Counted from the stretch's first letter, positions 26,265 to 36,869 are shown. The stretch is 64,000 bases of DNA from Armatimonadota bacterium (GCA_039680575.1 JBDKSP010000021.1:1-64000), one strand, 5' to 3'. Notes: generated by a model from the sequence alone, not told the origin. Numbers and translations are program-made.

Positions 26265-27413
26265 ATGATTACAAACAGTTGGGTTCGTATTACCGCATGG
26301 GCTGCAGGGCTTCTGGCAGTCGCAGCAGCGCTTCACATCATCCAATTATCATACCTGCCGGTCATCAAACCTGTGCTGGATGTACTGTTGCCGATTTCCA
26401 TTGCTTTTGTACTGGCGCTACTTCTCGATTCTACTATCGACAGGATACAAAAACGGGGTATTTCCCGCGGCGCGGCCGTAGGGATTGTAGCGCTTGCCTT
26501 TGTGGCTATAATCGTTATATCGGCTGTTTTCCTGATACCGGCTTTGATCGATCAGGCGAAAGAACTGGGGTTGAATGCTCCCGGATACACCCGCGATGCA
26601 GGAGTATATATAAACAGGTTCATGTCGGAGCATCGCAGTCTGCTGGAGCGTGTGCACCTGCCGACCACTATGGAAGGTATATCGACTCGTTATGGAAGCC
26701 AGATCGAAAAAGTGGCCGCAGCATCGTTTTCACGGGTCGGAACATGGTTGGGAGGACTCTTATCCAGCATCGTATGGCTGGTAATTATCCCTATTGTCAC
26801 GATTTTCCTTTTGATCGATATCGATAAGATCAAAGCGAAGGCGCTTCTTCTTGCGCCGGAACGCCACAGGGAGCGGACAGCCTCGCTGGCAAGCTCCGTA
26901 GGACGTGTATTTGGAGCCTACATCCGGGGGCTCTTAACTGTATCAGTTCTGTATGGAATAGCCTGCGGCGTTGTTATCTGGGCTTTGGGTGTGCCATATG
27001 CGGTGATTCTGGGAGCTGCGGCAGGCGTTTTGTCGCTGGTTCCTTATATAGGCACGATAAGCACTGTAATTCTAGTCGGCACCGTCGCAATGGTCGCAAG
27101 CGGGAACCCTGTGATGGGTATATGGGCTGCTCTCGCCATTCTTGTGATGAACCAGGCCTTCGATAATGCAGTTACCCCCAAGATCGTCGGCAAGGCTGTA
27201 GGTCTTCACCCGGCACTTTCGATAATATCACTCCTAATCGGTGCGAGGATGTTCGGGTTTATCGGCATGATAATCTCTGTTCCGGTCGCTGCGAGCATAC
27301 AGATCCTTGTTTTGGAGTTCTACCCGCCGCTGAGGGGACCGGAAGAGGAAGAAAAGCCCAAAAAACCGTCTCTTTTCACAAGATTCGGAAACCTCTTGAA
27401 GAAGCAGAAGTAA
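26265..27413 (+). CDS. AI-2E family transporter
   Basis: Multiple TMs; LSLVPYIG, PKIVGKAVGLHP and GFIGMIISVP motifs. Confidence 0.85.
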   Translation: MITNSWVRITAWAAGLLAVAAALHIIQLSYLPVIKPVLDVLLPISIAFVLALLLDSTIDRIQKRGISRGAAVGIVALAFVAIIVISAVFLIPALIDQAKELGLNAPGYTRDAGVYINRFMSEHRSLLERVHLPTTMEGISTRYGSQIEKVAAASFSRVGTWLGGLLSSIVWLVIIPIVTIFLLIDIDKIKAKALLLAPERHRERTASLASSVGRVFGAYIRGLLTVSVLYGIACGVVIWALGVPYAVILGAAAGVLSLVPYIGTISTVILVGTVAMVASGNPVMGIWAALAILVMNQAFDNAVTPKIVGKAVGLHPALSIISLLIGARMFGFIGMIISVPVAASIQILVLEFYPPLRGPEEEEKPKKPSLFTRFGNLLKKQK

Positions 27414-27475
27414 CTAATATACGATGGAGTATAATTTGATTATATGTGTTCTGACAGAAAATATATAACTATATC

Positions 27476-27564
27476 TTGAATAGTAAGGTTGAATGCGATA
27501 TACTTCGGTAGAGCCCGTGGCAGTATCTGAGGCTGAATATCAGTTTGAGGTAGTGCGCACGGGC
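27476..27564 (+). promoter_or_regulatory. Sigma70 promoter plus long leader hairpin
   Basis: TTGAAT-17-TATACT followed by a hairpin at 27513-27564. Confidence 0.55.
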
Positions 27565-27590
27565 ATTTTCTCTGAAGGGGGGAAATAAAA

Positions 27591-28352
27591 GTGGGAGAAA
27601 TAGTGGAATTTATAAATCCAGAGCCAAGTGAGGTTGCAGGCAAACAGGCCAGAACTGCAGTTAAGCGTAATGGGCCAAAATGGGAGATAGATGCACGTGA
27701 AAAACTGAAAGCTTCGATAAAACGATTCAATAAGGCCCTTGTTGATTTAAAGGATCGAGATGCAAATGAAGCAGATACTCGATTATTCGTTACTGATGTA
27801 TTATGTGATGCTCTTGGGTTAGATAAATATACAGAATTATGCACAGAGTATCGTGTAAAGGGTGAGTATGTAGACTATGGCATCCGTTTAGAAAATGATA
27901 TGATTGCATTTGTTGAAGTTAAGCGGATAAATACGAAACTAGGGACAAAGCATCTTAGGCAAGTTCAGAATTATGCGGTAAATGAGGGAGTCGAGTGGAT
28001 TATTCTTACTAACGGAGCGCAGTGGCAGGTATATCACTTAAGTGGTGGGCTTCCACTCATCACTGATCTTGCAATAGAGATAGATTTGCTTGGCGATATT
28101 CCAATGGGGCAGAAGGTAAACACGATGTTTTATCTTACACGTGATGCCCTAAAACGCGGGAAGCTTATGGATCTTTGGCAGGAAAAACGAGTTACTGCTC
28201 CTAATTCTTTAGCGCGGATATTACTGTCTGATTCAATTGTTATTGCCGTTAGAAAAGAGCTGAAAAAGGCAACTGGCTATAATATAGATCCCACCGAAAT
28301 AGTTCGCTTGGTTAAGGAGACGTGCTTAAAGCCAGAGTGTTTTGAGAAGTAA
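27591..28352 (+). CDS. Solitary HsdR N-terminal-type (PD-(D/E)xK) nuclease domain protein
   Basis: NEADTR, VDYGI...FVEVK, QVQNYA and ILTNGAQW motifs; visibly AT-richer than flanks. Confidence 0.8.
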   Translation: MGEIVEFINPEPSEVAGKQARTAVKRNGPKWEIDAREKLKASIKRFNKALVDLKDRDANEADTRLFVTDVLCDALGLDKYTELCTEYRVKGEYVDYGIRLENDMIAFVEVKRINTKLGTKHLRQVQNYAVNEGVEWIILTNGAQWQVYHLSGGLPLITDLAIEIDLLGDIPMGQKVNTMFYLTRDALKRGKLMDLWQEKRVTAPNSLARILLSDSIVIAVRKELKKATGYNIDPTEIVRLVKETCLKPECFEK

Positions 28353-28402
28353 GAAAAAGGGCCGGGCTTCAACCCGGCCAATAATCATCGATTTCTGTAT
28401 GC

Positions 28403-28600
28403 GTAAGAGTTCAGAGTTGATGAGTATAATATCATGCTGAACTACCACAACGTCATTCCGAGCTTGACTCGGAATCCAGGAAAAACTGGACCCTGAATCA
28501 AGTTCAGGGTGACGTGTTTGCCGTCCAGGGTGACGTCCTTCCATAATGACGAGTTAGTTGTTCAGGGTAATATATAATTCTTACAAGAGTGAACTATTAC
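28403..28600. mobile_element. IS66-like MITE copy B
   Basis: GTAAGAGTTCA...TGAACTATTAC; TSD CTGTATGC (28395-28402, 28601-28608). Confidence 0.85.
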
Positions 28601-28686
28601 CTGTATGCTATGGAAGCAACATTGTATAATATTGCAGGCTTATGTTGAACAATCATTCCCACGGCCTTCAGTATGTAAAACTAACG

Positions 28687-30462
28687 CTACTCTTCTTCCT
28701 CCAAAACCTGTATGTGCAGTTCTTGGAGCTGCGCGTCATCTACCGGTGCGGGCGCGGCAGTCATCGGATCGATTCCTGTCGATGTCTTCGGGAAGGCTAT
28801 GACCTCGCGGATGCTGTCGTCGTCCGTGAAGAGCGTCACTGTCCGGTCGATACCTGATGCGAACCCACCGTGCGGCGGCGCGCCATACTCGAAAGCTTCC
28901 AGCATGTGCCCGAACCGCTCCTGGGCGGCTTCTTCGCTGTAGTTCATAAGCTCGAAGACCTTTGTCTGGACATCGCGCCTGTGTATTCTTATGCTGCCTG
29001 AACCAAGCTCGAACCCGTTACAGACCAAATCATAACACCATGCTCGGACTCTCGCCGGGTCGGTTTCGAGATACTGCATATCGTCCTCGTGCGGCGATGT
29101 AAACGGGTGGTGCATAGCGTCCCAGCGCTTCCCAGCCTCATCCCACTCGACCAGCGGGAAGTCTACTACCCAGCAGAACGCCATTTCATCTTTGTTCGCA
29201 AGTCCAAGGCGTTTACCCATCTCTGCTCTCATACGCCCAAGCGCGGAAGCGACCACTTCCGGCTTATCCGCAACAATTGCAAGAAGATCGCCGGTCTTTG
29301 CATGTGCTCGCTCGATGATGGCAGCCATCTGTTCATCAGTCAGGAATTTGGCAATAGAAGATTTGACGCCGTCTTCGAGAACTGCAATGGTAACCAGTCC
29401 CTTTGCTCCGAATGTCTTAGCGAACTGGGTAAGATCGTCTATTTCTTTTCTGCTGTAACCGGCGCAGCCAGGGAGAGTAATACCCTTAACCTGCCCGCCG
29501 GACTCCGCAGTGTTCTTGAAGACCTGGAAATCGGTCGTTCCGGCAATATCAGTAAGGTTATAGAGCTCCATTCCGAACCTGAGGTCTGGCTTGTCCGAGC
29601 CGTAGCGCTCCATTACCTCATTATAGGAATATCTCGGGAACGGTACAGGGAACTTGATCTTCTTATCTGAGAGCTTTTCGACCATCTGAGAATGGAGATC
29701 ATCCATGAGCTCGAAAACGTCTTCCTGCTTGATGAAACTCATCTCCAGGTCGAGTTGTGTGAACTCAGGCTGGCGGTCGGCTCGTGGGTCCTCGTCCCTG
29801 AAACATCTGGCTATCTGGAAATAGCGTTCGAAACCCGCAACCATCAGAAGCTGCTTGAGCTGCTGAGGAGACTGCGGAAGCGCGTAGAACGAACCAGGAT
29901 AAAGCCTTGCGGGCACAAGATAGTCTCTTGCGCCTTCCGGTGTGCTCTTGATGAGAACTGGAGTCTCGACCTCGATAAAATTGTGCTCGTCCATGAAGTC
30001 TCGAATGAGCTTCACGATCTTGTGACGGAGGAATATCCTATGCTGCATATTGGGTCGGCGCAGGTCGAGATAACGGTACTTCATACGGATCATCTCGTCC
30101 ACGTCGATCTGGTCTGAGATAGGGAAGGGCGGCGTCTTGGCGGTATTAAGCACTTCGATAGCGGACACTTCTACCTCGACTTCGCCGGTCTTCAGATGCG
30201 GGTTCTCGGTCCCTTCGGGGCGCAGTCGTATCTTGCCGGTAATCTCCAGAACGTATTCGCCTCGCACTCCTTCAGCGACTTTGAATGGGTCAGGAGTCTT
30301 TACCGGGTCGATGACCGTTTGGATGATTCCCGTCCTGTCGCGAAGGTCGATGAATATCAAGCCGCCGTGGTCACGAATCCGCTGAACCCAGCCGTTAAGC
30401 CGGATTTCCTGACCTGTCTGATCGGCTGTAACCTCGCCGCACCACACTGTTCTTTTTAGCAT
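28687..30462 (-). CDS. aspS: Aspartate-tRNA ligase
   Basis: RDHGGLIFIDLRD, STPEGARDY, LPQSPQ, FRDEDPRADRQPEF, GAPPHGG. Confidence 0.97.
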   Translation of the reverse strand: MLKRTVWCGEVTADQTGQEIRLNGWVQRIRDHGGLIFIDLRDRTGIIQTVIDPVKTPDPFKVAEGVRGEYVLEITGKIRLRPEGTENPHLKTGEVEVEVSAIEVLNTAKTPPFPISDQIDVDEMIRMKYRYLDLRRPNMQHRIFLRHKIVKLIRDFMDEHNFIEVETPVLIKSTPEGARDYLVPARLYPGSFYALPQSPQQLKQLLMVAGFERYFQIARCFRDEDPRADRQPEFTQLDLEMSFIKQEDVFELMDDLHSQMVEKLSDKKIKFPVPFPRYSYNEVMERYGSDKPDLRFGMELYNLTDIAGTTDFQVFKNTAESGGQVKGITLPGCAGYSRKEIDDLTQFAKTFGAKGLVTIAVLEDGVKSSIAKFLTDEQMAAIIERAHAKTGDLLAIVADKPEVVASALGRMRAEMGKRLGLANKDEMAFCWVVDFPLVEWDEAGKRWDAMHHPFTSPHEDDMQYLETDPARVRAWCYDLVCNGFELGSGSIRIHRRDVQTKVFELMNYSEEAAQERFGHMLEAFEYGAPPHGGFASGIDRTVTLFTDDDSIREVIAFPKTSTGIDPMTAAPAPVDDAQLQELHIQVLEEEE

Positions 30463-31709
30463 ACTGCCTCCACAACTTTATCGATAGGGACTTCCCGCTG
30501 CTCTTTTGCAAGCATATCTCTCACGGATACTACGCCCTTTTTGATCTCATCTTCACCGATTATCAATACGAACTTCGCGCCGAGTTTGTCAGCAAGTTTC
30601 ATCTGTGACTTGAGGCTCCTTCCGGTAAAATCGGTTTCTGCTGATATACCATTATCTCTCAGGTCATAAATAAGCCTGATTGCCGCTTCACGCGCTTCGT
30701 TTCCCATTACAGCGAGGAAAACACTCGGTCTGGTATCCACTTCAAGGTCGATCCCGAGCTTTTCGAGTGTCAGGAGGAGCCTCTCCATACCCAGCCCGAA
30801 ACCGAGCGATGGAGTAGGGGAGCCGCCCATTTCTTCGATCATCATATCGTACCGCCCGCCGCCGCAAATGGTGTTTTGCGCGCCGAGGTGAGGAGTCTGG
30901 AACTCGAATATCGTCCTCGTGTAGTAGTCGAGCCCTCGAACAAGGTGCGGATCTAGCACATAAGGGATATTCAGCGCTGTCAGATAGCTCTTTACCGTCT
31001 CAAAGTGCGTCTTGCAGTCGTCGCAGATTATATCCACAATCACAGGAGCATCAGCGAGGAGTTCCCTGCAGTGCTCATCCTTGCAATCGAGCATTCTAAG
31101 CGGGTTTTGTTCGTATCTCACCTGACATGTCGGACAGAGCTCTTTTACAAAAGGTGCTGCGAACTTGCGGAGCGCCTCTCGATATGTCGGGCGGTCTTCC
31201 GGGCCGCCGATTGAGTTTAGCCGCAGTTCTACGCCCGTAATTCCGAGGTCTTTGAAGAACTTCCACGCAAGAGAGATCACCTCGACATCGGCTGACGGGT
31301 CAGCAGCGCCGATCATCTCAAGCCCCATCTGGTTGTGCTCTCTGTAGCGCCCGGATTGAGGCCGTTCATAGCGGAAAATCCGGCTGAAATAGTAAAGTTT
31401 CGATACAGGTAGTTCTGTACCAAGATTGTGTTCCAGATAAGCCCGTACCGTGGGAGGCGTACCTTCCGGTTTAAGCGTCAGGCTTCGTCCGCCCTGATCG
31501 GTAAAAGTATACATCTGCTTTGTGACGATATCCGTCGTCTTACCCGTGTGGCGAGTAAAAAGCTCAGTCTCTTCGAATGTTGGAGTCCGTATCTCCCTGA
31601 AGTCGAAAAGCCTGCATATTTCCCTGAATTTATTCTCAATAAACTGCCAACGCGGGGTTGCAGACGGTAAGACATCCTGCGTTCCCCGCGGCGCATTGAA
31701 CCTGGTCAT
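30456..31709 (-). CDS. hisS: Histidine-tRNA ligase
   Basis: PRGTQD, LKPEGT, FRYERPQSGRYR, LVRGLDYY, GGGRYD. TTGACA-17-TAATAT promoter at 31732-31760. Confidence 0.97.
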   Translation of the reverse strand: MTRFNAPRGTQDVLPSATPRWQFIENKFREICRLFDFREIRTPTFEETELFTRHTGKTTDIVTKQMYTFTDQGGRSLTLKPEGTPPTVRAYLEHNLGTELPVSKLYYFSRIFRYERPQSGRYREHNQMGLEMIGAADPSADVEVISLAWKFFKDLGITGVELRLNSIGGPEDRPTYREALRKFAAPFVKELCPTCQVRYEQNPLRMLDCKDEHCRELLADAPVIVDIICDDCKTHFETVKSYLTALNIPYVLDPHLVRGLDYYTRTIFEFQTPHLGAQNTICGGGRYDMMIEEMGGSPTPSLGFGLGMERLLLTLEKLGIDLEVDTRPSVFLAVMGNEAREAAIRLIYDLRDNGISAETDFTGRSLKSQMKLADKLGAKFVLIIGEDEIKKGVVSVRDMLAKEQREVPIDKVVEAVC

Positions 31710-31773
31710 TTTATAATAGCTCCTCCACATGATATTAGCCAAAATGCCTTATTGTGTCAAACTGCAGGAGTTT

Positions 31774-31879
31774 GTAAAGAGCTCAGGGTTGATGAGAATA
31801 GCATCATGCTGGATTATCACAACGTCATGCTGAGCTTGACTCAGCATCCAGGAAGAAAATGGACCCTGAATCAAGTTCA
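31774..31879. mobile_element. Truncated MITE copy C
   Basis: One GTAA end plus internal palindromes as in copy B; other end and TSD missing. Confidence 0.7.
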
Positions 31880-32056
31880 AAGCGAATGCGTCTAAATTTT
31901 GAAACGCGAATTACGCGGATTTAACGGATTTTGCGATTCAGAATCTTTGGTAACGATTCGAAATAAGAGCGTTTGCCCTCCAAACTGCCTCTAGCCACAT
32001 CGTATCCCAACTGATAAAATAACAACTGTATTCGATTAAATAGACAGCAGGTTGTT

Positions 32057-32971
32057 ATGGCTGATAAATACTATGTTGCCGGGATCGACGGCGGCGGGTC
32101 TAAAACAGAATGCGCGATAGTGGACCAGGACGGGCTTTGTGTGGCCATCGGCCTCGGTGGTCCTTCTAATATTTTTTATGCGGATATTTCAAATGTAATC
32201 GAGTCTCTCGATACAGCCATGGCTTCCGCAATTGAAAACGCTGGTGAACACGTGAAAGTCGTACTCACCGGATGCACTCACCGGGCAGCGCGAATTCCCG
32301 AAGTTAAGGCTCGGATATCGGAACGCCTGGGCGGGGATGTCCGCCTGTATACTGAGGGGGAAGCCGCGCTGGGAAGCGCCGGGTTTTCAGAGCGTTTCGG
32401 GATAGCTCTCATCGCAGGTACCGGCAGCAGCGCATTCGGATTTACACGTGATGGAAAGCGCTGCCGTGCCGGAGGGTGGGGGATGCTCTTGGGCGACGAA
32501 GGCAGCGCGTATGATATTGCCGTAAGCGGGCTAAGGTCCGCCACGCGGATGATGGACGGAAGAGGCCCGAAAACGGTAATTCTCGACCGTGCCTGCGAGC
32601 ACTTCTGTATTTCCCCCGGCTTTGAGTCCTTCGTTCAGTTCTTCAAGGGTACGCCGAGGGATAAAATTGCATCGTTTGCGCCGATGGTCACAGCCGCTGC
32701 TCGTGAAGGCGATACGGCAGCTGAAACGATTGTTTCTAATGCCGCAAGGGACCTTGCGGAGTGTGTCATCGCATTAGCGCGTAAGCTATTCTCACAGGAT
32801 GATGAATTCCCGGTAGCGCTTCACGGCGGAGTTATGCGTGACAGCAGGACGGCGGAATGCATAACCGAGTTGATAAAAGAAAGATACCCTAATGCCGATG
32901 TCCGCACTCCGATATACAGTCCCGGTGTCGGGCTCGCGCTTTTTACACTGAATGATATGGTAGGTGGATAA
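32057..32971 (+). CDS. BadF/BadG/BcrA/BcrD-family sugar kinase (GlcNAc/MurNAc kinase-like)
   Basis: GIDGGGSKT, IAGTGS and GGWGMLLGDEGSAY motifs. Confidence 0.88.
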   Translation: MADKYYVAGIDGGGSKTECAIVDQDGLCVAIGLGGPSNIFYADISNVIESLDTAMASAIENAGEHVKVVLTGCTHRAARIPEVKARISERLGGDVRLYTEGEAALGSAGFSERFGIALIAGTGSSAFGFTRDGKRCRAGGWGMLLGDEGSAYDIAVSGLRSATRMMDGRGPKTVILDRACEHFCISPGFESFVQFFKGTPRDKIASFAPMVTAAAREGDTAAETIVSNAARDLAECVIALARKLFSQDDEFPVALHGGVMRDSRTAECITELIKERYPNADVRTPIYSPGVGLALFTLNDMVGG

Positions 32972-34166
32972 TTTGGTTGATGTCTTATTTGAAATTGGTC
33001 CAAAAATCATCCAAGAGGAGAATATCGACGGTTATAAACGGATAACCGGAGAGTTTTGGACAGCTCGCCAGAGGCAGATGCACTCCATCCACTACGCCGT
33101 GTCATACCGCGCGTCTTTCAAGCCGGAATTGCCGAATTATTTTATAAACCGTTATTGCAGCGACTATAAAAATGACATGGTGCTCGACCCGTTCGGCGGC
33201 CGAGGTACAACAATATTGGAAGCCAATATTCTCGGTTTTTCAGGCTATTCGAACGATGTGAACCCGCTTTCCGAACGGATCGCTCGCCCGAAATGCCGCC
33301 CGGTTACGCTGGAAGAGGCCAGTAAGCATTTAGATCGGATCGATTTCAACGCCGATGTCGATATCAGCGATTACAGCGACTTTTCGCCCTTTTATCACAT
33401 AGACACATACCGGGAGATGCTTGCGCTGAAGGAGTATCTGAAGAAAAACAGGTCGGACGCTGATTGCTTTATAGAGATGATAGCCCTTTCTCGCCTGCAT
33501 GGACACTCGAGAGGCTTCTTTTCGGTCTATTCATTTCCTCAAATATCCATTCTAAGTGCCGCGCAGGCAAGGATCAATGAGCAGCGGAACCAGACTCCCG
33601 AATACAGGCAGGTCAAGCCGCTTATTTACCAGAAAGCAAAGAGAGTCCTAAAGGATTTCACCGGAGAAGAGATCGTAAAGCTGAATGAAACGGCCGCAAG
33701 GAACATCTTCACCTGCGAAGACAGCCGGAATATGGCCAGCATACCCCAGGACTCTGTCACGCTTATAGTCACTTCACCTCCGTTTCTGAATAAAGCCGAC
33801 TATATTCAGGATAACCGGCTCGAGTTCTGGTTCCTGGGCATAGATCCTGAACCGCTGAAAGAGAAAGTAGTCCAGACCAAAAATCTCGATGAATGGATAG
33901 AGTTTATGAGGGACAGTATCCGGGAGATGTATCGGGTGTTGAGGACCGGCGGGGTCGCTGTGATAGAGGTCGGGGATGTGAAGCATAAAGGACATACGAT
34001 TAATCTGGATGAGGTAATCGTCGAGCTTGGTAAAGAGGCCGGGTTCAGTGTCGTCGAGGTACTGATAAATTTCCAGCAGTTCACGAAACTCGCAAACTGC
34101 TTCAATGTAGATAACATGAGCAAGGGAACGAACACAAACCGCCTCGTTATCATCAGAAAGGATTGA
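32964..34166 (+). CDS. Orphan DNA methyltransferase (alpha-order, SPPF; probable m4C)
   Basis: VLDPFGGRGT motif I precedes VTSPPF motif IV. Confidence 0.8.
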   Translation: MDNLVDVLFEIGPKIIQEENIDGYKRITGEFWTARQRQMHSIHYAVSYRASFKPELPNYFINRYCSDYKNDMVLDPFGGRGTTILEANILGFSGYSNDVNPLSERIARPKCRPVTLEEASKHLDRIDFNADVDISDYSDFSPFYHIDTYREMLALKEYLKKNRSDADCFIEMIALSRLHGHSRGFFSVYSFPQISILSAAQARINEQRNQTPEYRQVKPLIYQKAKRVLKDFTGEEIVKLNETAARNIFTCEDSRNMASIPQDSVTLIVTSPPFLNKADYIQDNRLEFWFLGIDPEPLKEKVVQTKNLDEWIEFMRDSIREMYRVLRTGGVAVIEVGDVKHKGHTINLDEVIVELGKEAGFSVVEVLINFQQFTKLANCFNVDNMSKGTNTNRLVIIRKD

Positions 34167-34217
34167 GTTTCCATACCCAGCGGTATAAGTAAACGGCATC
34201 CTTAAACGGAGGGAAAC

Positions 34218-34496
34218 ATGTCGTTACCGTATTACGGCGGGATGAGGCACATTCATACCACTTCCGACAGATTCGATCAGGCCTGTGGCGAGATAAGACG
34301 ACTATCCGATGAAGATGTGGGGCGGGTCTTGGAGTTTATATACGGATTGAAGCGGGAACGCGGAGATGTGACCGGAAAAGCCGCAGGAAACCCGGAGTTG
34401 CTTGTAGGACACGCTGGTAAGTTCAGTTTTAATGCGGGTGAAACCGAAACCCTGCTCAAAATGGTGCTCGAAGCAAGGGAGACGGTTTCCGAATGA
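34218..34496 (+). CDS. Putative antitoxin (VapB-like)
   Basis: Small ORF overlapping the PIN gene (ATGA). Confidence 0.55.
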   Translation: MSLPYYGGMRHIHTTSDRFDQACGEIRRLSDEDVGRVLEFIYGLKRERGDVTGKAAGNPELLVGHAGKFSFNAGETETLLKMVLEARETVSE

Positions 34497-34897
34497 AGGA
34501 ATACATACTCGACATCGACCACATGGTCGGGCTGATGGCCGGCAATGAGACACTTGTCAGGCGGATCGGTAAGGTCAAAAAGGAAGAAAGCCGCTTCGGA
34601 ATAACACTTGCGATCCTTGGCGGCCTCTATTTTCTTGTTCGATCAAGCCAGCAGATGGACATCAATATGGCCGCACTGACGGAACTTGTAAGTGACCTGC
34701 AGATATGGGAGTTCGACAGAGGCTCAGCGGAGATCACAGGTGAAATATTGACCCAGATGCACTCGCTGAACCGCCCAATAACCCCGATAGAAGCGCAGAT
34801 AGCCGCCGTTGCCCGACAAAGGCAGGCTGTGCTCCTTACGGGGCTTGAACGCTTCATCTATGTCCGCGATATTGAACTTCAGAACTGGCTGCGGTGA
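34493..34897 (+). CDS. vapC: VapC/PIN-domain protein (degenerate active site)
   Basis: YILD...AQIAAVA...LLT...NW PIN architecture, 134 aa. Confidence 0.75.
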   Translation: MKEYILDIDHMVGLMAGNETLVRRIGKVKKEESRFGITLAILGGLYFLVRSSQQMDINMAALTELVSDLQIWEFDRGSAEITGEILTQMHSLNRPITPIEAQIAAVARQRQAVLLTGLERFIYVRDIELQNWLR

Positions 34898-34916
34898 AGA
34901 TTGGTATCTTATTGCC

Positions 34917-36848
34917 TTATTGTTCAGTCATTACCCAATCCAATTCCTCTTTGGTCAATTCTGGAGTAATTTCCACCGTGTCGGTATCGAAATCGACGGT
35001 AACGGTCGTTCCATCTGCAAAAGTTGTCCTCTGTTTGCGGCGATCCGGGTCAAGGAACTCATGCTTTGTCATCTCGAGCAGTCCCACACGCTTGTTAAGC
35101 CCGCAAGCCATTCGAACCCGGCTTAATTGCTCCTCTGATAAGTCCGGGGAAATGTATGGAATCCCCGCGTGCAATAGGCCTTGCAGGTAACCTTTAGTCT
35201 CTTTTCCCTTAGGCCAGGGTATAAATATTGATTCATGATATACGAGGCTGATGAGGGGTATCGTGACCCCTATAGTTGGTCCCTCTCCGGGTCCAGGGTG
35301 GTCTTCCGCATATGGGGCGTGATGCACCAGATCGAGATATGGAATAGCCCAGTCGGTCGGTTCCTCAGAACTTACTATACCGACCAGCGAGCTGATAATA
35401 TTGAAGCATTCCGCTCTGTATTTGAGGCACGTGGCGCGTGACATCGGATGATTCGGGTCATAACACTCATCTCCCGGCACGATAGAGAAAACATCGAGGT
35501 AAGCGCCCTTCAGCTTTATGCCGTGACGAAGTATTTCGCTGTGGTTTCTCATCACATAACCGGGTGAAAAGCTGGTGCACAGTATACTCTGCGGTCCGCC
35601 GGTCCATGTGGCTTCGTATGGATGGCTCCCGTCTTCGCGGATGATGCTTCGCTTTGGATCATAAGAAGCTGCATCAAGATAGTAGTCACGGTAATTGTCA
35701 TGGATCGCGTAGATAAACCCCAGCTTATCGCATACATCCGCGTATTTTCTCATGCCGTCCCAACCACCGGCTTCAGGAGACGGTGGAAGGATATCCGGGT
35801 GTTGATTGTCGTAACCGCGGTATCCCCAGCCGTCCTGATGTATGTATAGCCTTTTGATCCCCTGTGCAGCTATGTTTTTTATCTCTTCAGTGCGTTCGAT
35901 AAAGCTGTGAGTCCTGTCATTCGCTGCCGGATCATCTTTTACATAATAATATGACTTAGGATTACAATGCCAGGTGATGAAATCAGTGTGGAAGACGGGT
36001 GAGCCGATAAGTTTTTCAACAAGAGGCTTGCGCGCAATCTTCTCTTCGAGTGAGACGAAACGTCCTTTGTCTTTCACATACTGCCTGTAGCGTTTTGCCA
36101 TATCGACATAACTGCCATTATCTATAAAGCACATTCGCAGCCGCCGGACATAACTCATCCTGCCGAGAGAATGAAGCCATTTAGATTCTATGAACGTAGG
36201 TCCTCCTGCGGGATGCGTGAAATTGCATCCGACGTCATCAGGCGTTTCGAATATCACCAAAACAGAGGAGTTGGCTTTCTGGTGTCCCCACCAGGGCATA
36301 CCGAGCCCTCTTCCGTAACATGTGCTTGGTTCATGCAGCCACGCCTTGCTGGGCCAATCATTAGGAAGCAGCATTCCCTGCATAAAAGGGACTACCGTGA
36401 AGTCGTTTTCTTCCGGTTTGAATGCTTTCGGCCAACGGCACTTCTCGATTACGGCCGAAGACTCTTTCGGCACAATGCTGAAGACAAGGTCTTCGGTTGT
36501 ACCATCCAAAGCGGCGATAAGCTGCAGCTCGAAGTCCAGGGTATTGCCATTATGCTCGAAACCGCTCAGAGCGATCTTCAACCCGGTTGCTGATCCGGTA
36601 TCGTAATGAGAAATATCGATTTTACCGGCGTCTGTCATGCTGAGGGAAAAGCTTTCCCCGCCAGATGCCACGGTCAGGTCCATCTCATTGGCTGGAAGCA
36701 TAGTCCACTTGCCGGTTTTGGTCTCGACAGTCATCTCAAAATTAGAACCATCAAGAACGACAGAGTGCAGCTTACCGGCAATTACCCATTTGCCGCCGTC
36801 TTCTCGGACGGAGATAGTCTTATTCGATAAATAATCCGCTGGTTGCAT
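34917..36848 (-). CDS. Glycoside hydrolase, GH129/GH101-like (DUF5696)
   Basis: DGWGYRGYDNQHPD, HDNYRDYY, YLDVF and SSEE motifs. Confidence 0.7.
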   Translation of the reverse strand: MQPADYLSNKTISVREDGGKWVIAGKLHSVVLDGSNFEMTVETKTGKWTMLPANEMDLTVASGGESFSLSMTDAGKIDISHYDTGSATGLKIALSGFEHNGNTLDFELQLIAALDGTTEDLVFSIVPKESSAVIEKCRWPKAFKPEENDFTVVPFMQGMLLPNDWPSKAWLHEPSTCYGRGLGMPWWGHQKANSSVLVIFETPDDVGCNFTHPAGGPTFIESKWLHSLGRMSYVRRLRMCFIDNGSYVDMAKRYRQYVKDKGRFVSLEEKIARKPLVEKLIGSPVFHTDFITWHCNPKSYYYVKDDPAANDRTHSFIERTEEIKNIAAQGIKRLYIHQDGWGYRGYDNQHPDILPPSPEAGGWDGMRKYADVCDKLGFIYAIHDNYRDYYLDAASYDPKRSIIREDGSHPYEATWTGGPQSILCTSFSPGYVMRNHSEILRHGIKLKGAYLDVFSIVPGDECYDPNHPMSRATCLKYRAECFNIISSLVGIVSSEEPTDWAIPYLDLVHHAPYAEDHPGPGEGPTIGVTIPLISLVYHESIFIPWPKGKETKGYLQGLLHAGIPYISPDLSEEQLSRVRMACGLNKRVGLLEMTKHEFLDPDRRKQRTTFADGTTVTVDFDTDTVEITPELTKEELDWVMTEQ

Positions 36849-36869
36849 ATTACCTCTTATACCTTATAC

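Noticed and set aside
27513..27564. Possible integron attC site
   Set aside because: Bulged hairpin lacks RYYYAAC/GTTRRRY ends; no integron integrase or cassette array.
31880..31980. Possible additional small repeat element truncating MITE copy C
   Set aside because: Single occurrence with only weak terminal similarity and no TSD.
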